64,000 nucleotides of DNA from Amoebidium appalachense. Lineage: Eukaryota > Protista > Ichthyosporea. Below the pieces are notes generated by a model. That model did no database searches. It saw nothing but the letters and a program-made list of their open reading frames with translations, and had not been told where the DNA came from. A program made the translations under genes and the position numbers. Within the stretch, counting starts at the first letter, position 1. The number at the start of each line of letters is the position of its first letter. Of the stretch, positions 56,648-64,000 are shown one piece after another. Location: NCBI GenBank assembly GCA_963693365.1, contig CAVNZM010000002.1, positions 1,240,001 through 1,304,000 of the forward strand, in the 5' to 3' direction.

Positions 56648-58619
56648 CACTTCGTTGAAAAACACGGCACAGCGCCGGACCGTGGGAGCAGCGCAGGGGC
56701 CAATACGGTTAGCACTGTAGGGTGCCGTTTTCAACGTTCGTATCGACTATATAGGCTCCAAGCATGTAATTTTATGTCTTTATATATGAAAACTGAATGA
56801 TTTCTATAAAAAAGTGATCTGTTGGTATTTATTGAGTTTGAAACGAACAATATGAAGCTGGTTCATTTTTAAACGGGGTTTCTTTGAGGAACGGCCGCCG
56901 CCATGACGACGAAGTGACATGTGGAAATGGAATTCGAACTGCCAGCTACTTTTCATTCCGATTGGTTAGTCTCTAGGTATGGCTTAGCCATTCAGTTCTC
57001 TGTACTGTGCGCAGCAGTACGTAAATGTAAGTGCAATGATTGGTCCTGTTTAAGTGTAGCCAAATTTGGTCCTTACATTCCCCTGTAGCCAATCGGATGT
57101 TGTGAGCGATATCCTGCGTGTATATAAACCGTTAGCCCGCAGATTCGTAGGCCTCTCAGTCTCTCAGTCGCTGGCACTGCTCCTCACTGAGTAGAATGTG
57201 TCCTTAGTCTAGCAAGTTGGCAGGGCCTCCTGAGGCCCGTAAACGGTTGTTTTCTCTAAGTCAAGCATTTTGTTTTTCCCGCCCACTCTCCCTTGAGTGG
57301 CTGTGTTGATGGCCTGCCATCTAAAGTGTGTCTCCTTGGAGAGCACACGTGTTTGTGTGTGCAGCCTAGGCAGCTACACACGACACAACTGCAAGTAATC
57401 TATCCCCTTGCTGGGGCGAGTAAAGAGTGACGGCACAAGAAGCCCTGCTTCTCGTTCAGGATTCCATATTATTAGTGAAGTTAAAAGTTTGTACGATATT
57501 AGTATGTCAAAATTACAAAACAGTTGGGGTTTTACAAGTCTATATTGAAAAGCACCCCACCAATACGATTAAGAATTTCCGACAATACGATACCATTTGA
57601 GGTAAAACGATCAAGGCGGCCAAAACCGGGCAACCCCTGGGCATTTGGCAATAAAATTTTCCTCACCAGGGGGTGGGGGCTCAACTTCATTTTGGAATGA
57701 CTCCGAGCGCCAGGAGGCGAAGAATGTGCTAAGCTGAATATACCATATGCTTGGGCACTGAATTAAATAAGTATATATTTATTTTTTTGGTTCATTTTGG
57801 GGTATTTGGTACGAAGCTACCGAATTTCAGAAAACTTTTCATCCTATACTATCTGTGTTACTCTCTTGTATCTTCGGAGACGGCACTCCACTCATTGGCT
57901 ACTAGGATGGCACCTAAACTAGCTATCTTTCTCGTCTCACTAGACTAAAACACACGGGGCTGGCACCCAGACTATAATAAAGTCTCTACACAGTTCTATT
58001 GGGTCGTTACCCAAGCTCTTATTAACTCGCGCTGGCTTGCGACTACAACAACACACACACACAAATACGACAGCTAGCTAGTGACTTGCAGCCTAACACT
58101 AACGTAGCTAAGGTGATCAAGCTTATCCACGAGGGTGTCTAATGCTGCTAAGTGTGTGTGACGGCACACACACACTGTCCATCACAAGTGTCGGGGGCAG
58201 ACCTACAAATGGCGGCACACTTGTATTGAATCGGTGTGGCTGTCGAACCCGAAGACTACTGTCCATACAAGTAGCTATTTATACAGGCTCAGTGCAAGCC
58301 TGAAACGCAATCCATGATGACATGTGGATGACACCGGAATCTAGGTGGTGCGTATCCAACCAATCAATCAACAGTTATGCAATACATCCGCAGGATGACA
58401 GACGAGATCACGAATCCTGGATGAGTATAAGCGGCATTATTATCTCATCCGAATGCTATCAGCTATCACTACGATTGACACAAACAAGGCACTAATTAAC
58501 CCAAATATATCATATTCAACACAAAATCATAGCATTGCACGTGGAAGAGAGTGAGATATCATTATCTGCATAATTTGTTCTGACACCGAATATCGGCAAA
58601 GAGTCACTACTCACAGTCA

Positions 58620-60156
58620 CGTCTGAATACAGGTTGCCCTTACTAGCTATATATGGCACCCCCCGATACTAGTACTAGTATACTGTTGATAATGTCCTCC
58701 AATCAATAGATGATTTCCACTACACAACTTGTACGTTTCTCACTGGTCTTTCCACACCTATCCCTAGACGCCTTTTTGATTCTCTCTACGCACTCACACC
58801 ACCATCACAACGCGTACACGAATTAGCCCTTAAATTTCACGAGCACATCACCCGCCTGTCCGCTTGTGCCCCGGACCACCCGCTTTTCTGGCTACACGCA
58901 TCCCCGCCCGACTCGCCCCTCTACCTCTTCCCTTCCACATCGTCTCTGCCCATTGTCGAGCGTTATGCGGAATGGCTGGCGACCCCACCGGAGGTACGGC
59001 TAGATCATAGTGTGAATATGAATAGTTTCAAGTCTATGGCTGATAGATATCTTTTTACTCTACGTGTTGAGTCCCTTCCTGTGTTAGGACCGCAAAAACA
59101 CCAATTACTAGTAGCCTATATGGCGAATACGGTTAGAGAGTCTCGTTCCTACATAGATTCGTTTATTCGTAATGTGGTGTGGTGTAAAAACGCAAAGACG
59201 ATTATGGCTTGGTGGTGTAATCGGTTTCTGGTGTCTCCTGCTCGTATGTGTAATATGTGTGGGGGGCGGTTTACTCGCGGATGCATATCTATCAATAAGT
59301 GTAACCTGTTAGCTAACGTAATAGAACCGGAGGTTATTGGCGGTTTTATTCTCTTTTCTCCCTCTCTTCCTCAATATATCCGTTTTAAAATGACTATCCT
59401 AGATCACCTTATTAATGCTGCACAGTATGATATTGTGATACGGTGCGTTAACTTTCTTTCGGAGCTACCGATGCTAGCCCCTGTTTACCCATATTAATGT
59501 GTAATAGGGTGTCGTATACTACGATGGCGCTAATTGTTGCCTAGCATGTACATATGCCAGGGGGTTTACACACTTTTTATTGCGTGGACATTGCCGGAGG
59601 CCCAGCCACATTCGACGGCCTACTGCGTTTTCCAGCACAGCCAATCAAATGCAGCCAGTGACATATGTACATGCTAGGCAACAATGAGCGCCATCGTAGG
59701 ATCTGACACCCCTATTACATATTATGGGTAAGCAGATGCTAGCATCGGTAGCTCCGACAGAAAGTTAAGGCACCGGATCACAATATCATACTGTGCAGCA
59801 TTAATAAGGTGATCTAGGATAGTCATCTTAAAACGGATATATTGAGGAAGAGATGAAGAAAGGAGAATAAAACCGCCAATAACCTCCGGTTCTAATACAT
59901 TAGCTAACAGGTTGCATTTATTGATAGATATGCAGCCGCGAGTAAACCGCCCCCCACACATATTACACATACGAGCAGGAGACACCAGTAACCGATTACA
60001 CCGCCAAGCCATAATCATCTTTACATATGCCACCAGCTGCATTTGATTGGCTGCGCTGGAAAACGCAGTAGGCAGTCGAGTGTGGCTGGGCCCCCGGCAG
60101 ACTGCAGCACTGGGCCGGCAGTGTCCACCGGCGCAACAAAAAGTGTGTAAACCCCC
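58620..60156 (+). mobile_element. Degenerate 5'-truncated non-LTR copy (family B)
   Basis: SEYRLPLL...RVHELALKF...PDHPL parallels ORF 25558; ORF ends at 59497; 3' trailer resumes at 60033 and ends GTAAACCCCC. Confidence 0.75.
59560..60021 (-). mobile_element. Second family B copy inserted antisense into the first copy's 3' UTR
   Basis: 11-bp TSD TACATATGCCA at 59549-59559 and 60022-60032; ends GTAAACCCCC on minus. Confidence 0.85.
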
Positions 60157-60868
60157 ACGACTCACTCACTCCATAGATCGGGACTTTCGGCCGGGGGGGT
60201 CGATTGTTTTTTTTATGGCAAGCAAAGACGGCTACATTCCTTTGGTGGTGCATCTCCTTTATTGGATAAAAAACTAAGAATAAAGAAGGTGATGCACAGA
60301 GATTCTGTTATAAATGCCGCCAAAAGGGGGTTTACGATGCTTAATCATAAAATCATGTTATTATCAATAATTAATAACGTGAATTAAATATTCATAAGCA
60401 TTCCCTTTTACAATAAGTGAACATAGCTTCACACACGCAGAATGAATCTATAAATTTAGGCTGTTGATTAGTTAAATGTCACAACATTGGCTCAACCCCC
60501 ACATTCCAAGATAATAGCTGCACGCCACGGCCAGTGAACCAAGACCGACACCATCAAGTGTTCAACCTCCCACGAGTAGAGGGTATCGAAAGTGTAGGGT
60601 TAAGACACGCACGATACTAAGGTGTTGGGTAAGGAGACACACTTCAATACTTTTCGTTGTTTTTTTGTTGTTTTCCTGCCTTTTTGAAACGCTATAAGGT
60701 GCGCTTAGTATGGTTACTACTTTCACACAACGCATGCTTATGTCCTTGCACATGGACGAATGGTAGAAGGTCAAAACCTCATTCACGCAACTTCAAAACT
60801 GCAGTCACCCCTACAGTAGTAACAATAAGAAACCCCTAGAGTGGATTGTTTTATTTCGTCGTTCGAAG

Positions 60869-62225
60869 ATGGATCACTACAGGTTGGCCTATCAAACAGA
60901 AGATAGCGACATGCTTCAGGCTGAGCTCGATGACAGCCCCCACGGTTCAAGACCGCAAAAACGCTACAGGCGTAAAACGAGCGAACTAGACAAACTTTAT
61001 GACTGCCCTATAGACAACTGTGGTAAGAGATACGGGAGCATGAGTGCACTTCGGCTGCATCTATCCATGAAACACAGCCTTAAGCGGTCACGGTCGGGTA
61101 ACCTCACGCCTACTGCCCCACCTACCGGCCAAGCCACCACAGCCCCTTCTACCCAAGCTGAGCTCGAGTCTCCTGGGGCCCTCAGCAACCAACGCGCGCT
61201 AACACCCACACATGAGTTAGAAAACGATAGGCTCAGGGTCCCTACCTTAGGCATAGGCAGCACGGAGTTGGACGAGCTCCTACTTGGGGGCGGGAAATTG
61301 GAGGCGCATTCATGCATGGACCTTTCCAGCTTGCACGACAAGAACCTCTCAAAGCCCTCCCAGCCCTCACAACTTGGAGCACGCAAAAGCCTCCTCCCGG
61401 CTGCCTCCCCCTTCTCCTCTACTTCCTGCCCAGATTTTTTTCTTCGGACAGGGCTTTCAATCGTTTGAAGAGCTGTCTGTGCATCCACAAATGAGTCTCC
61501 AATATAACAGCGGCGTAAACTGGGCTCATGTTACTGCAACCCCACATCGACCCTTCGGCTCACGGGGAAGCAGCACGCAGCTAAGAGGGTCCATAGACGG
61601 GCTAGACCAGGTGATGATGGACCTTGCAATGGATGATGATCCCATCGACGTTAACGAGATAGTGTCCATATTCGAACGAAACAACCTACCGCCACCGTCA
61701 ACCCTTCCCCCTTTACAACCAACGATGAACGTTCGTCCGGCACATGCGAAAGTCCCCCAGCCCGCGGTTAGGCTTATTAGGTCACAACCAGTGCCCCATC
61801 TTCGTAGTAGCAGTCTCACACACGTACAGCCCCAACTCGGCACAGCAGTTTCGTTCAACATCGGCGAAGGGAGAGGACTTAATTCGAGCTCAGCCGCCGA
61901 ACTCATCAACTTCATGGATACAGATTTGGACCTGGCCATTAAGGGCATTGCAGAGACGGTTGAAGCTGAGTTAAGGTCACCCCAACCCATGGCATCCCCA
62001 CTTGGCGCCCCTCTACGGTCGCCCAGTGGCACTCTTACCTTCCCTGCGAATAACATGGGAATGGGTGGTTGGGGTGCGCAACCGCCAGTCCAACAGCCAA
62101 ACTTGAATGGGTCGTTGAATCCGCACATGGGGGCAGTGAAGTCGGACCCCGACCTAGCAGACGATGTTGCATTCCAACAGCAGTTGGATAATTTGTGCTG
62201 GCAGGCTGTGTTTTCAACTTCGTAG
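60869..62225 (+). CDS. C2H2 zinc-finger transcription factor-like protein; reading frame breaks near the T7 run at ~61435-61441
   Basis: Basic RPQKRYRRK then YDCPIDNCGKRYGSMSALRLHLSMKH; removing one T fuses the two ORFs (PDFFFGQGFQ); Pro/Gln/acidic tail. Confidence 0.75.
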
Positions 62226-64000
62226 CAGGCTCACATTGGCTTAGCAGTCAAGCAGGCGGTTTCCTGTGCAGGAGTGTGCATGTAGAGTTTGCACTCGTGC
62301 AGGTGTGTGTGTGTTTTTTTTTTTTTGTTTGTTTTTTTTCTGGGGGGAGGGGGGGGGAGCAATATATCTGGGGGCTCTTGAACCTTTCAGAGTAGGACAA
62401 CACGAGCTTTATTTAGCATTCATGTGCTGCTCGAAGTCACACATTTGGCTAATATATTGTAATTGCAGAAGGCCGTGCATGGCGGTCGTAGGAATATGCA
62501 AACATATACCTCTTTTCACGCTCCAGACGATGAGAATATGCCAATATCCCTGATAAAGAATGATCTTTGATCATGTGCAGGAGGGCCTCTTTAGCCACCT
62601 TCGAGTTGCAGTTGATTCTTGCGTCTCTCTTTCCTGACTAGCTTTAGATTACCGAAGAAAGGGCTGTTAAGCCTTGCAGATGCATCTTTTCTTTAACGTT
62701 CGTTGAATATCTGAGCCGCCTTTAGAACGTATCAAAAGGCTGCCAGCAACGTGCGAATTAACTAGTGCTAAAAAGGATACTATGCCATTTTATTGCATGG
62801 TCTTTACTTACAAATTTCCAAATTCGGCTACTAATGTGGCGTTGGTAAATATGTATGATGTATGTAAGTTGACCGAGCACACCATATTCGCTTTTGCTTG
62901 TCTCCACAGTAGGTAATATTAATCCCGTTTTGGTAATTCGAAATCTCGGAATCAAAGATACTGTTCTAGTAAACTGAGTCACGCAGAGTCGATCTCATGT
63001 GTCTTGTGTACCTACAACTAATTTCCATGATGTGACTTGTTAAGGTCTAAGTCGACATTTTGCGGCATGACGCCCACTGTGACGTCTTATTGACGCCAAC
63101 TTCAATGAGTTGCTTACCCTATGGGGCAATCTCCTATTCAGAAACTGTGCAACTGCCACTTAAAAAAGTCAGTGTGACATATCTACTTTTTTTTAATATT
63201 CGTTTCTAGATACCGACTCATATGGCACCTTGTAAATCACCCACTTGGTGTATAATTCATTTCTTCCACACACACACAGTCACACACACGCGCGCACACA
63301 CACACACACTGCCAAATTGAATCCCGAAGCCCCCACGGCAGTGCCCCGTGCGGCACGTGTGCATGGCACATGGCGGAAACGGAGAGGGGGTGAGGGGCTG
63401 TGCGGGTTGGGGGGGGAGAAGGGGGGGCTCACATGCATACACACGACAAACACGTGCGGTATGTACGCATGTATCATAATGACCATCTGATTCAACGTTA
63501 CACGCTCGCTTATGTATACATACGTAGGAGTAACCTATACAGATGGCCCCGCCGTTCGGTCAAATTTCACAGCTGCCGCAGTCTGCCAGATAGTAGTACT
63601 ACACCGTGACTGTGCATATATGGACAATGTACAGTGTCTGTACATGCCCGGCCATTGGAAACTAGTGCACATGCGTGTAAGTAAGCGTGTCATTACATTT
63701 ATAAACGTGGCCACGATCGCAATCTAACAATCCCATATGCATAATGCAACACACTGGACAGACCTAGGCCTGTACACGTGCATGTGGACGCACGTACTTA
63801 CAAGCCAAAAAATGTCATGTTTGTCACATGCACATGACTAAGCGGCCAAATGCATATGCAAAAGTACACGAATCATTGGAATAATAATGCCGCCTAATTG
63901 TATCCATGTTCTAGCTGCAGCACAGGCTGCCATTCATCGGAGGCCATATGCATACGCCCATGGGCATGGTTGAACATCAAAGATGTGCACGTATACAAGT

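Noticed and set aside
56800-58600. Additional TE or promoter features
   Set aside because: No terminal repeats, TSD or protein motif that I could support.
59190-60156. Penelope-like inverted pseudo-LTR
   Set aside because: The 11-bp TSD shows a separate antisense insertion; protein motifs are LINE-like.

Overview
Eukaryotic, intron-rich DNA with many poly-G/C and (GT)n tracts (possibly a unicellular holozoan or early-diverging fungus; not determinable here). About two thirds of the window is two stacks of nested transposons. Stack 1 (1-26.5 kb): a LINE-like ORF is interrupted by a minus-strand chromodomain Ty3/Gypsy element. Its RT is split by a ~17 kb CACAG-ended TIR DNA element with no recognisable transposase. 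That element carries a spliced gene with a KDM4-like JmjC domain, a ~184-bp satellite, a deleted LTR element and a LINE fragment. Stack 2 (29.9-45.1 kb): a plus-strand chromodomain Gypsy has its 5' LTR split by a second CACAG TIR element (3-bp TSD). This holds a LINE fragment and an apparently intact tyrosine-recombinase retroelement (one RT-RNaseH-YR ORF, 462-bp direct repeats). Host genes: a multi-exon Anp1/Mnn9-like glycosyltransferase, a C2H2 zinc-finger gene and a possible COX7-like exon. Top leads: the transposon-borne KDM4-like demethylase, the YR element architecture, a non-canonical PBS shared by two LTR families, and LINEs ending in GTAAACCCC instead of poly(A). All calls are by eye; no searches were run.
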